Positions 12,396 to 23,786 of a stretch of 64,000 nucleotides of DNA are shown one piece after another. The DNA is taken from contig OZ024740.1 in NCBI GenBank assembly GCA_964016885.1, positions 135,098,001 through 135,162,000 on the forward strand, read 5' to 3'. The notes under the pieces were generated by a model. That model was not told where the DNA came from. It made no database searches and worked only from the letters and a program-made list of their open reading frames with translations. The position numbers and the translations under genes are program-made. Origin of the DNA: Eledone cirrhosa. Taxonomy: Eukaryota. Every line of letters starts with the position of its first letter. The first letter of the stretch is position 1.

Positions 12396-13974
12396 TAGTA
12401 AGACAACTACAGGAGAAGTACCTAGCTAAAAGTAAACCCCTATACTTAGCTTTCGTCGACTTGGAGAAAGCCTTCGACAGAGTCCCCCGTTCCATTATCT
12501 GGTGGTCTCTTAGAAAACTAGGTGTTGACGAATGGCTTGTGAGAGCTATACAAGCCATGTATAAAGAAACAGTCAGCAAGGTTAGAATTAACAACGAATA
12601 TAGTGAAGAGTTTAGCGTAAAAGTTGGTGTCCATCAGGGCTCTGTTCTTAGCCCCCTACTATTTATTATTGCCCTTCAGGCTATAACAGAGGAGTTCAAG
12701 ACCGGCTGCCCATGGGAACTCCTATACGCAGATGATCTAACGCTCATAGCTGAATCAATGACCGAACTAGAGAAGAAATTCCAAACATGGAAGCACGGCC
12801 TAGAATCAAAAGGCCTTAAAATTAACCTGGCTAAGACTAAAGTTCTAGTTTGTAGGAAAGAAAATAAGGCGGCGGACCCATCTGGGAAATGGCCATGCTC
12901 AGTGTGTAGGAAAGGCGTAGGTAGAAACTCCATTTTATGTCCCAAATGCAAAGTATGGGTGCATAAAAGATGTAGTGGGATCACAGGTAAGCTAACTAAG
13001 AACATAGATTTTACATGTGGCCGGTGCTCTGGTGCAATAAGTAGCAGCAAGTGCCCACAAAATAGTAGCTCCTTCAACTGCGCAGAGGGTTCTATAGAAA
13101 TAGTGGACAGCTTCCGTTACCTGGGTGACAAAATCAGCAGTGGGGGAGGGTGCTCTGAAAGTACAGTAGCTAGAGTCAGAACTGGATGGAAAAAGTTCAG
13201 AGAGCTTATACCACTATTAGCCGCTAGAGGGTTCTCCCTAAAAATGAAAGGCAGGTTATACGATGCCTGCATACGAACAGCAATGTTGCATGGCAGTGAG
13301 ACCTGGGCATTGTGTGCAGAGGATATACGCAGACTAGAGAGGAACGAAGCTTGCATGCTCCGCTGGATGTGCAATAGTAATATACGTGAACGGCAAAGCA
13401 TAAACGAACTAAGGAAAAAATTAGAAATAAGAGGGATCAGATGTTGTTTACTCGAGAGAAGGCTACGTTGGTACGGTCACGTGATGCGCATGAAAGACGA
13501 CAGCTGTATAACAACGTGCAGGGCAATAAAGATAGACGGTAGCCACGGAGTAGGCAGACCCAGAAAAACATGGGACGAGCTGATAAATTCCGACCTCACA
13601 CGCCACAACATCCAGGCCGAAACAAATGAGATCGTGTAGGTGTCACGACAAAAAACGCACAGTCCACGCTGTAAATGTGGCCGTGTAGGCAACACGGTAA
13701 AAACCTCCCAGCCCCACACTGTAAATGTGGTTGGTGTTAGGAAGGGCATCCAGCTGTAGAAAACCCGCCAGACAGTCCACGCTGTAATGTGGCCGTGTAG
13801 GCAACACGGTAAAAACCTCCCAGCCCCACACTGTAAATGTGGTTGGTGTTAGGAAGGGCATCCAACTGTAGAAAACCCGCCAGACAGTCCTATGCGAGCA
13901 AGACAACCACTCTTGCCTCAAGTGGGAAAATCCCCGTCCAAACCCATGCAAGCGTGGAACACGCATGCTAAACC

Positions 13975-14005
<31 letters not shown>
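12396..14005 (+). mobile_element. 5'-truncated RTE LINE with internal deletion and duplicated 3' UTR segment
   Basis: RT motifs AFVDLEKAFDRV, GVHQGSVLSPLLF and LLYADD plus PHD finger. The ORF end is deleted after SDLT; ~115-bp tandem duplication at 13660-13890; (GAT)n tail. Confidence 0.92.
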
Positions 14006-14006
<1 letters not shown>

Positions 14007-14201
14007 GGTAGGTAGTTACACCACCAACTTTTATGTTATTTGAGTATTATTAATGAGATAAGTAGGTAGATGCACATCACCATGGTTTTGTGTAAAGCAA
14101 ATATGTGCAATGTTTACTCCTTTCTATATCTACTTACTACAATGAAGTGTTAACATCTTATCACTCCTTCTTCACACAAATCATTTTACCCCTCCTCCTG
14201 G

Positions 14202-15233
14202 TCATCATCATCATCATCGTTTAACGTCTATCTTCCACGCTAGCATGGGTTTAGACAGGAATTGTCTCACTTGAGGCAAGATTGGTCGTCTCGCTCGTAT
14301 GGGACTGTCTGACAGGTTTTCTACGGCTGGATGCCCTTCCTAACACCAACCACGTTTACAGTGTGGACTGGGAGGTTTTTACCGTGTTACCTACACGGCC
14401 ACATTACAGCGTGGACTGTGTTTTTTTGTCCTGACACCTACACAACCTCATTTATTTAAGACTGGATGTTGTGGTACCAACATAACTTTACAGAGAAAGA
14501 GTGGTGTTGGTGGGAGGGTGGAGTAGGGGGTAGTGGAAGGGGTGTGAATATTTGATTAAGAGGTGCCTACTGACTGTAGGTTTCGCTCTGTACTTAAGCA
14601 AGGCGGGTTTTCTGTATTACTGCGTAGCACCAAAGATCTCGGTCCAGTGACATTGTCTTGGAGAGGTGTAAGTGTGTAAGGTCGGAATTTATCAAATCAT
14701 CCCAGGTTTTTCTGGGTCTACCTACTTCGTAAATACCATCAATTTTGATCGCCCTGCACTTTTTTATACAGCTGTCGTCTTTCATGTGCATCACGTGACC
14801 ATACCAACGTAATCTTCTCTCGAGTAAACAGCATCTGATCCCTCTTATACCTAATTTCTCACTTAGTTCATTTATGCTTTGCTGTTCACGTATATTACTA
14901 TTACACATCCAGCGGAGCATGCAAGCTTCTTTCCTCTCCCGTCTGCACAGATACTCTGCACACAGTGCCCATGTCTCACTGCCATGTAACATAGCTGTTC
15001 GTATGCAGGCATCATACAGCCTGCTTTTCATTTTTAGAGAGAAACCTTAGAGGCCAATAAGCTCTCTGAACTTTTTCTATCCCGTTCCGAGTCTGGCTAC
15101 TGTACTTTCTGAGCACCCTCCACCACTACTGATTTTGTCACCCAGGTAACGGAAGGTGTCCACTATTTCTATAGAGCCATCTGGGCAATAGAAGGAGCTA
15201 GTATCCTGTGGGCGCTTGCTACTTATTGCTCCT
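14202..15233 (-). mobile_element. 5'-truncated, degraded RTE LINE
   Basis: ORFs 15077-15262 and 14594-15031 are frameshifted RTE C-terminus; (CAT)n at 14202. Confidence 0.9.
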
Positions 15234-15426
15234 GTGTTAAGGATTTTACTGTGATTATTCACTGTTATCTCTTATCTATGTGATACTCTGACAGCCTCTT
15301 GTTTTTATCTCTTCTGCCATTCAGTTATTATTTTTACTCATCATTAAACATTTCTTACTGCTTGTTTAATCATTGTATATTTTTTTATTTGTGTGACTCA
15401 CCACCTGTTGTTTTTAAATCTTTTAG

Positions 15427-15530
15427 GTGTTGAAGAGTTGGGTTATTTAACGGAATTTGATGCTTCTGGTAACTTTCTTTCTGACCATTCTTGCCTTGCT
15501 GTTATATCAGGGATGCATCGGCTAAAAAGG
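15427..15530 (+). CDS. STK11IP: STK11IP-like exon A (last leucine-rich repeat), phase 1 to 0
   Basis: ttttag|GT...AGG|gtgag. Reads (G)VEELGYLTEFDASGNFLSDHSCLAVISGMHRLKR, an LRR (LxxFDxSxNxL) resembling my recollection of vertebrate STK11IP LEQLRNLRHLDLAYNLLEGHRELSPL. Confidence 0.8.
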
Positions 15531-15696
15531 GTGAGTTTTTGTATTTGCTTAATCTAATTTTGTTCTGTATACTTTTGTTTTTTTCTGGTGCACTTTTAAT
15601 TCGAAACTGAACTCATTTTACTCTGATAATATTATTGCCTTTGGGAAAAAAAAATTATAATTGTCGCAACTTCCTATTTTCACTCCTCTAAATACC

Positions 15697-15903
15697 TTAA
15701 CACTTTAGCATTTACATTACTCTATATTTTCATGATAAACACTTCATTTCGCATAATTATCTCACATAATATCAAATCTATGAGATTTTGATATTATTTA
15801 TTTTGAGAACAATACCTTAATGTCGATATGAGTGACTGGTTAGAGCCAGTTTGAACAGCAAGAGGTGAGAGAATTCTGGCCAGTTTAAATGCAAAAGGGT
15901 TAA
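15697..15903. mobile_element. TTAA-type MITE family M1 (opposite orientation)
   Basis: TTAA-CACTTTAGCATTTA ... TAAATGCAAAAGGG-TTAA imperfect terminal inverted repeats. Confidence 0.75.
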
Positions 15904-16310
15904 GTTTCATGCCTACATAGTATATATATATGTAATTGAAATAGTGGTTATCCAGACAGCCTGAAAGTTTAAACCTTTTTTATTGAATCTTCAATTCTAG
16001 ACTAGATTTAGCATATGTAGCTATGCGACAAGGGTGTTTAATACTCCAAATCCTTTTTTCTCTTTTTTCTCTCTCTTCCATTTCTTCCAATGTGATTAGA
16101 GCAATGACTCTGCTTTGTTTCTTTCTCTTTATGCTTTCTTGTTTCTTTTTATGTTAGGAATGTTATGTCTAGCTAAGTTAAGTTAACTTAATACATAAAT
16201 ATTTGTGTGTAACTTTTTTGTCTGTTTACTCACACTCATTTTAATGTCCACCATGTTTCTTAGTCAATGACACACACATACACACACACACATATATATA
16301 TGTATATATA

Positions 16311-16445
16311 TGGTGCTAAGTGGTATAGACCTTAGTATGCATGGCTGACTGTTGGTCTTCCAAAAAAAAATAACCACCTTGCATATTGGGGAGGGACTTT
16401 CCAGGTGAAAATCCATGGTCAGTTATGACTAAAGGGGACCTATTA
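16311..16445 (+). mobile_element. SINE 3' fragment (family S3)
   Basis: Inverted homolog of part of 16584-16775. Confidence 0.6.
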
Positions 16446-16583
16446 TATCATCATCATCCTCATTGTTTAATGTCCATTTTCCATGCTAGCATGAGTTGGG
16501 CAGGCTGTCCCTTTGTGAGACATCAGATCGGAGGACTGTGTTTTGCTCACACAGAACTGATTTTGACTTTATATTTATATATA

Positions 16584-16870
16584 TAATAGGTCCCCTTTAG
16601 TTATAACTGACCATGGAATTGCACCTGGAAAGTCCCTCTCCAATATGCAAGCCTGGGCAAGGTGGGTTTTTTGGAACAGGAACACCAACAGTCAGCCATG
16701 CATGCCAGTCTCCCCTCTGCATGCCACTGATGTCCAAGAGAAAGGCAAAGGCCTATACCAGTTAGCACCAGTTTTTCTTGGTGAGTGGATGGGAGCAGCA
16801 TGAAATGAAATGTCTTGCTCCGGGACACAACATGCTGCTTAATTCACGACTTTACGTAAGCCCAACATGA
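16584..16870 (-). mobile_element. SINE (family S3)
   Basis: The minus strand has the gagcaagacatttcatttcatgctgctcc body shared with S1, followed by a different tail ending ggggacctatta. Confidence 0.6.
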
Positions 16871-18759
16871 TTATTTTATCAATATAGTCGACTGTGATTA
16901 AGGGTAGAATTGACTGTTGTTTCTAACAGGCTGAACAACTGTATAAGCCTCACCCATTTGAGTGACTGCTAACATATTTAATGCAAAGAGCATCAAAATT
17001 TAACAAGGAAAAATTATGTTTTGAGAATAAACCAGTATTAATCATTAACAAATAGTACTGTGTATATTTTTGACACATTTCTGAAACAACTCTGGGTTTG
17101 GTTTGGTCTTATTAGAAGTTAATGAAATGTAGACTTAAAAGTAAGAAACACTAAAAATGACTAGAGGAAAAAGTGGTGGGTTTATACCTCTCTGAAAGGT
17201 GTTAGCAACAGAAGCTCAAAATGTAACTGCATGTTGAGTTAACAACATTAATTCACCAACATAGACAGTTCTAATGTGTCATGTCTGTAAACATGTTTTT
17301 GTGTCAAATTCATGGAGCTCTTAAGAAAAAAACTTGTGGACTCTGACCACCAGTGAGTATGGCTGCTGTTGTTTGTTATTTGTTTAAAATTAATGAATTA
17401 GGGCAATTTTGAAAATTTCAAAGAGATAAAAAGTAATCAGGACAAACCACTAATTATTGTTTTTTCTTATTTGACTTAGCAATATTAACATGTAAATCAT
17501 CATCATTATTATAATTGGTTTTAGATCTGGTTTTTTTTTGTTGTTTTTTTTTGTGCTGGCATGTGTTAAATAAAACATCTGATGACAGAGTGTTATGCCT
17601 GAGTGCCCATCATAACGCCAACCCTTGCTTGTTTTTTTAAGTAAAGTGAGATCTTTGGACATTTAACTGATGAACAGTAGGATCTCTGTTTATGCAGAAT
17701 GTAAACAAATGTCATCACCTGCAATATCAGGTGAAGAAACAATGAAACACAGATACACAGGCACACACATAGACATACAATAATTATTATAATGATGATT
17801 GTTTCTCATATTGACACAAAGCTACAAATTTGTTGAGAGTTGTGTGAATTGACCACAGTATAACACCAGCATTTGTAGTATCAAACCTATTGGATGAAAG
17901 GGACAGTCATCTCTGATAGGAATTAAACTCAGAAGATCGGCTGGGCATAGATGGAATAAATTTTGGTGTTGAGTATAGCTGAATATATCGACATCTGTAG
18001 TTGTCTGGTACTTATTTTATTGACCCTGGAAAGATGAAAGATTTAAAGAATACTTAAATTCTGTAAAACATTTTGTCAACCACTCTACCAATCAAGATTT
18101 CTAACTGTGCCCTTGAGCCACAAGTTATGAGGAAAGGGGGATAGTCAGTTGAATCAACTCGAGAGGGATGAGAGACAAAGACAAAATTGGCAGGGCTAGA
18201 ACTCAGAATATAGTGGGATACTACTAAATACCAAAGGCATTTACCAACACTACTACAAATCTTCTGAATTAAGAAATCCTGTAAAATGGTAGTGCTGATG
18301 CCATGATAAAAAGCTCCCTGTCTACACCGTAAGGCAGTAATGTGGATGCTTCTACAAAAAAAGCACCCAATAAAATGTTCCTAGTACATTAGAGCATTGC
18401 ATTAAATGCTTTGTGATATTTATTCTAGCTTTTTGCAGTCTGAGTTCAAATCCCACTGAGGTCAACTTTTTCTTTCTTTCTCTCAGGGTTAATAAAATAA
18501 GTATTAGTCCTGGTGCAGTGGATTGACAAAATTGTCATATTTTGCCTAGGGATTGATATCCCATTGATTACCAAGAGCTATTCACTTAGTCATTGAATCA
18601 CCATGGTATGAAAGCTGCAATGGGTAAAGGAGGATTGTGGCTGTCTGCTACAGCAGTTGAATGATGATAATGATGTGTATGTGTGACAGCTCACACCTAT
18701 GCAGGTTTAGCTGGCCTCCTCCAAGGTATATCTCGTTGGAGGTGTCTTGGGTGATTTAA

Positions 18760-18925
18760 TGATAGGGACCCCAGTCCTATCATCTCATTTCTACAGCTGA
18801 GTAAACTGGATCAACGTGAAATAAAGTGTCTTGCTCAAGGAAACAACACATCACCCGGTCCGAGAATTGAACTCACAACCTTTCGATTGCAAGCCCAATG
18901 CTCTAACCACTAAGCCATGCGCCTT
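18760..18925 (-). mobile_element. SINE S1 head and body
   Basis: Reverse complement of 2102-2270. Confidence 0.8.
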
Positions 18926-19457
18926 CATAGTGATGATGATGACTAACTCTATCATGGCCCTCCTGGTGTTGCTTCCTCTTCCTTGTTATTCCTGCAGTAT
19001 TTCACCCCCTCTATGAATATTGACACTAAATCATTTGTCCAATCATTGCTTCCGAGATCTACAGTCTACTGAAATTCCATTCCCACTAAAATTTTTCCTA
19101 CATTCTCCAACATACGCAAGTTCAAGTTGAACATCAATCAACTACTTTAATATCACCACTCCCAAGGGATTTTTTTTAATGTTTATATAAGTTAACAAGA
19201 AGGTGCAATGCTCATGACCTTTACATTTCATTTCTTCCCTAGTGATATTGCTATGGCTGATACCTAGCTTGAACAGCTACAGGAAAAAATATGGGTTAGG
19301 GAGATAACAGGATAAACAGATATCTGGCGGCTAAAGAGATAGTTAGACAGCTAGATTGTTTGAGAGATAGACAGAATGAGAGAGATTCGGTCAGAATGTT
19401 TTGCAAGAGAATGAACCCCACTATAGACAACCAAGAACCAGATGTTAGTGTTGTTAA

Positions 19458-19693
19458 ACAGTCCATGCTGTAATGTGGCCGTGTAGGTAACACGGTAAAA
19501 ACCTCCCAGTCCACACTGTAAACGTGGTTGGTGTTAGGAAGGGCATCCAGCTGTAGAAAACCTGCTAGACAGTCCTATACGAGCGAGACAAGGTCACCCG
19601 ACCAATCTTGCCTCAAGTAGGACAATTCCCGTCTAAACCCATGCTAGCATGGAAGATGGACGTTAAACGATGATGATGATGATGATGATGATG
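19458..19693 (+). mobile_element. RTE 3' UTR-only copy
   Basis: Matches 53076-53303 and ends ggacgttaaac(gat)n. Confidence 0.85.
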
Positions 19694-19879
19694 AAACTAG
19701 GTGGCTTGTTTAGCCTATTATCTAAAAGTATCAATACTATCTATTGTCCTATATTTTCTAAAATAATGTCAATTCAAAGAATTAAATTATTTTTCTTATA
19801 TACTTAAAAAAATATAAATCCAACTTTTTGATCTAGTTTTTGTTTGTCTAATTTCTTTATTTGTTTGTTTTGTTTTCAG

Positions 19880-19969
19880 TTGTCACTATTTGATAACCCC
19901 ATGACATACAGCTCAGATCACAGATCAAAATCAGTTGGTCACATATCACCTTTAGTCAATGGAGATGGG
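19880..19969 (+). CDS. STK11IP: STK11IP-like exon B (LRR C-terminal cap), phase 0 to 0
   Basis: tgttttcag|TTG...GGG|gtaag. Reads LSLFDNPMTYSSDHRSKSVGHISPLVNGDG, matching the LxLxxNP...HR cap pattern; in frame with exon A. Confidence 0.82.
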
Positions 19970-20174
19970 GTAAGAACCAAAACCTTTATGATCTCAACTA
20001 AAGCTTTAACACACATGTACACACATACATGCACGTGCGCGCGTGCACACACACACATATTAAATGTGATAAAGGATCCATTCTGGTATGAAAAAAGAAA
20101 ATTAATTTTGCTTCTCAAAACATTACTACAATTTAAAGCCTAGGAACATAATTAACATATTATTGTTAGGAATG

Positions 20175-20348
20175 TTAGGCAGTATCGGTAGAGGGTCGGA
20201 CGCCATGCTTTGCAGCCCCTTTACGGACTGAGTTCAAATCTCACCGAAGTTAACTTTGCCTTTCATCCTTACGGGGTCGATAAAATAAAGTACCAATAAT
20301 ACACTGGGATAATTGCTGGCCTTGTGCCAAAAGTAGAAACAATTATTG
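20175..20348 (+). mobile_element. SINE family S2 (central gcctttcatcctt..ggggtcgataaaataaagtacc domain)
   Basis: B-box-like gagttcaaatc, conserved core and tail ggccttgtgccaaaagtagaaacaattatt. Copies at 40551, 43108 and 44526; degenerate ones near 17800-18500, 36400-36590, 40070-40500 and 42640-42870. Confidence 0.8.
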
Positions 20349-20398
20349 TTAGGAATGTGACGTGACCAAATTTATGAACTTGTTGTTTGGTGAAGTAA

Positions 20399-20430
<32 letters not shown>

Positions 20431-21224
20431 GTAATACATTTAATAGAGTGGCTTGTGACTTTAGTTGACTACGGTCGTTAAGGAAGTGCTATGGATGGAG
20501 TATTTTAAGTCACATCAACTGTATTTCCTTGTCTGTATGTTGAGCAATGCATTTAATTTTACATACCTCAGTTCACCTGTCATGAATAAGTACCACCTGG
20601 GAAATATTACTAGCAATAGACTTACATAATATCCAAAGGTAGCTCTAACTCTCATGTTAAATGTCATGAAACCAGTACTAAGCACTGATATATATGATAC
20701 TGTGGAAACTGGCTATATTTAGGTTACTTATTTATATGGTATACCCTTTACAAACCCTGCAGTGTGTGTTTACACAGATGTTATCACATTTCACCTGGAA
20801 AATTCAGAAAGATGGTGTTGTATTTGATACCTTATTACACACTGAATACTTGAGATGGATTTTTGTACATGTAGAGGTCCACCTTTTATTTTCTAGTTTA
20901 TTTTGTTCCAAATCCTTGCATCATTATCCATTTTAGCAAACCAAAGGAAATATAATATGATAATTAATAAATCACTGCTATAGTAATGATGTAAAAAAAT
21001 GTAAATATTTTCTAAGTAAGCTCTGTATTAATGAATAAGGGGATTTTTTTAACTTTATCAAATGAACCTTTTCTCATCTTTATTTGGTCTCTGTTTGAAA
21101 ATCTCGAAGCAGTGAATGTTTTAAGTATCTGATATGTTGGAAATTAAATTTTCTCCTTTTAATGAAATTTTATACGGATCTCTTTTCTTGGGTTTGTTAA
21201 ATTCATTTCTCAATTGTTTTGCAG

Positions 21225-21266
21225 ATTGTCTTAGATGGTAAAAATCTGAATGTAACAGAATTGAAG
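21225..21266 (+). CDS. STK11IP: STK11IP-like exon C, 42 nt, phase 0 to 0
   Basis: ttttgcag|ATT...AAG|gtaat. Reads IVLDGKNLNVTELK, the LDGKxL motif that ends the LRR cap. Confidence 0.8.
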
Positions 21267-22564
21267 GTAATTTAAAGCAAATTTTCATATTAAAAAATAA
21301 AATATGTTTGCATGCAAGTGTTAAGTTACACATACATAACAACAATAATGAGTATGAACTGCACACAAATACACAAACTTATAAACTTGTTTCTTACATG
21401 TGTAACCATGTCAAAAATAGTGATTGTGATAGTAATGACCATGGTTGTAAAAATGCTTTATTTTTTATTGATTATAAACTTTAAATGATGTTCAATACAC
21501 TTTGTAGAGTATGTACCATGCAATTTCAGTCTTTATTTAAAACTGTTTCATTGTTTATACTTCTAATGCCCAAAGGAAAAGCTTGAACAACGCACGTCAT
21601 TTCATTTCCTTTCCTAAAAAAACAGAAATCCCTTATACTGGAATATTTCATTTTTCAACTATCATCATCATTCTTTTATACCCACTTTTCCATGCTTTCC
21701 AGTTTAGAATAGGTACACCATATCCCCACATATCGTAAGAAGCAACTAAAAAGCTTGGTGTCGGGAAGGCCACCCAACTGTAAAACATTGCCTCAAAAAG
21801 CCATGTCCAACTCATGGCAGCACGGAAAAGTTGTAAAAATGATGATGATATGTATTTTTAAAAGTACTAAAATGTCTAGACACATGCAATGGCATATTGT
21901 GAAAAAGATGCTACAGTAAGCAAATGGAATGCTGTGTATTTGAGAGACAGAAGCCTCACACAGTAATATTGTCTCTTTCAAAGCAACATCTAATAGATTC
22001 AAACAAACATTATACCATTATTAATTTATTATATCATTTTAAAATGTTACTACCATTAATCATATTCTGTCATAATGAATCTAATAGTGTATGAAAATAG
22101 GAAACAGAAAAATGGTTAAATAGTTAAATCAATAATATTTTTTATAGAATAAGAGATGCTTACCTTGCTTGTGAGCATGACCTATGAGAGTGGGGTCCAG
22201 CCGGTACTTTGTTCTGGGGCTCAAGAGCTAAGGAGGCCCCACACTAACCATGCAACATTCATTTTGAGAAAAATCTTTGCCTGATTTGGGCCATATGTGG
22301 TAAGAAGGGCATCCAGCTATAAAAAACCTGCCAAAAAAAGGGGCAAGAGGATTCTTCAGCTGTGTCAAGAGCATAATAACCTCGCTAGTGTTGGTGTCTT
22401 GATTTATATGCACTCAGTAGGGTGCAAGAAAGTAAGTAAGATGCAGGCTCCTGGCTAGCCATGGGATGAATACCTTCGTTTTGAGTATGACCTCAGTCTG
22501 CTGACAGCCTGGGCAACCCTTGCAAGCAGGGAAAGTGGATGTTAAATGAAGATGAAAATGAATA

Positions 22565-22955
22565 TTATTAACTATCTTGCCAACAACAACCCTGAGCACC
22601 TTTTTGAATTCCATGTGTCTAACACACGTGGGCATGCCTACAAAGTCAAGCACAGCTCCCATGACTTTCAGAAACATTTTTTCACACTCAGAGTTGCTGA
22701 AGCATGGAACAAACTACCTGCATTAGTTATTAGATGTCGAGACACTGCATCCTTTAAAACCTCCATGCTTCCTGAAATTCACCAACACTACACCTGATAT
22801 CCCCCCTCCATACACATGCACACATGTATATCATTACTCATACACTGTTCACTTTCCTGACATGTGTACATTATTCTATGTACTATACATGCACCTTTGA
22901 TGAGTTGTAGTGCACCTGAGCACTGTACACAATCATTTCAATATTATTATTTATT
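22565..22955 (+). mobile_element. CR1-type LINE 3' fragment
   Basis: NTRGHAYKV...HFFTLRVAEAWNKLP...SFK is the CR1 C-terminal motif; (ATT)n tail near 22942. Confidence 0.8.
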
Positions 22956-23538
22956 TTAATATATGTGTACTTGTAATTTGTGGGGCCAGCCTTATCACTT
23001 ATTGTATCATGCTGAATCTCCCTGAGAACTAATTTATGTGTGTATGTACCTGTGAAATGCTCACCCACGTGCACCTTAATTTCACAAGCAGGCAGTTCCA
23101 GTGTTCAAACAACTGAAATGCTTGTCATCGAAAATGCTGGCTGTCCAACAACATATCAACTCCGTTTAAAGTGGCTTTTGTTTATGTCTTGCATAAACAA
23201 TACATTCTGCAGTTAACCAGCTTAACAAAGACAAGAAGGACATCCAGTCTTGGAAAAACTATCTATCTCAAAAAGTCTCGTCCAACTCATGCCAGTATAG
23301 AAAAACAATGATGATGATCAATAAGATAATAATGAAGATGGTAGCTAGAATGTTTTGTTTGGAGGGGGATTTGATATTGTTGTGTATTCTTTGTGATTTT
23401 GTTGTTGATATATATTTGTATGTATTTCCTTAATTTATATTCTGGACCCCACCCACCAAAAAGTATTAAAAAAACACACAAAAAAAAAACAACAACAAAC
23501 AAATGTAATTAAAACCCTAAAATATATGATTATTTCAG

Positions 23539-23764
23539 ACAGTAAAAAGGAACAAAATTACCAAAACTGCCTCATTTTATTTCCGACCCCATGTGGAATC
23601 TCCTTTGACTGAAATAGAGCCGAATACAATGGAGCTAGAAGAAAAACCCGATGAAAACCTTGTGGAACACATAAAGTGCAGAAAAATCCCTGTAAAGCGA
23701 CCTAAACGGAAACGTAATTGTCAACACAGTGATAATTTATCAACTTACAGCATGGGATCAAGAG
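23539..23764 (+). CDS. STK11IP: STK11IP-like exon D (linker), phase 0 to 1
   Basis: tatttcag|ACA...AGAG|gtaaa. Open frame TVKRNKITKTASFYFRPHVESPLTEIEPNTMELEEKPDENLVEHIKCRKIPVKRPKRKRNCQHSDNLSTYSMGSR; phases join exons C and E. Confidence 0.72.
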
Positions 23765-23786
23765 GTAAAAGTTATATGGCTGCATG

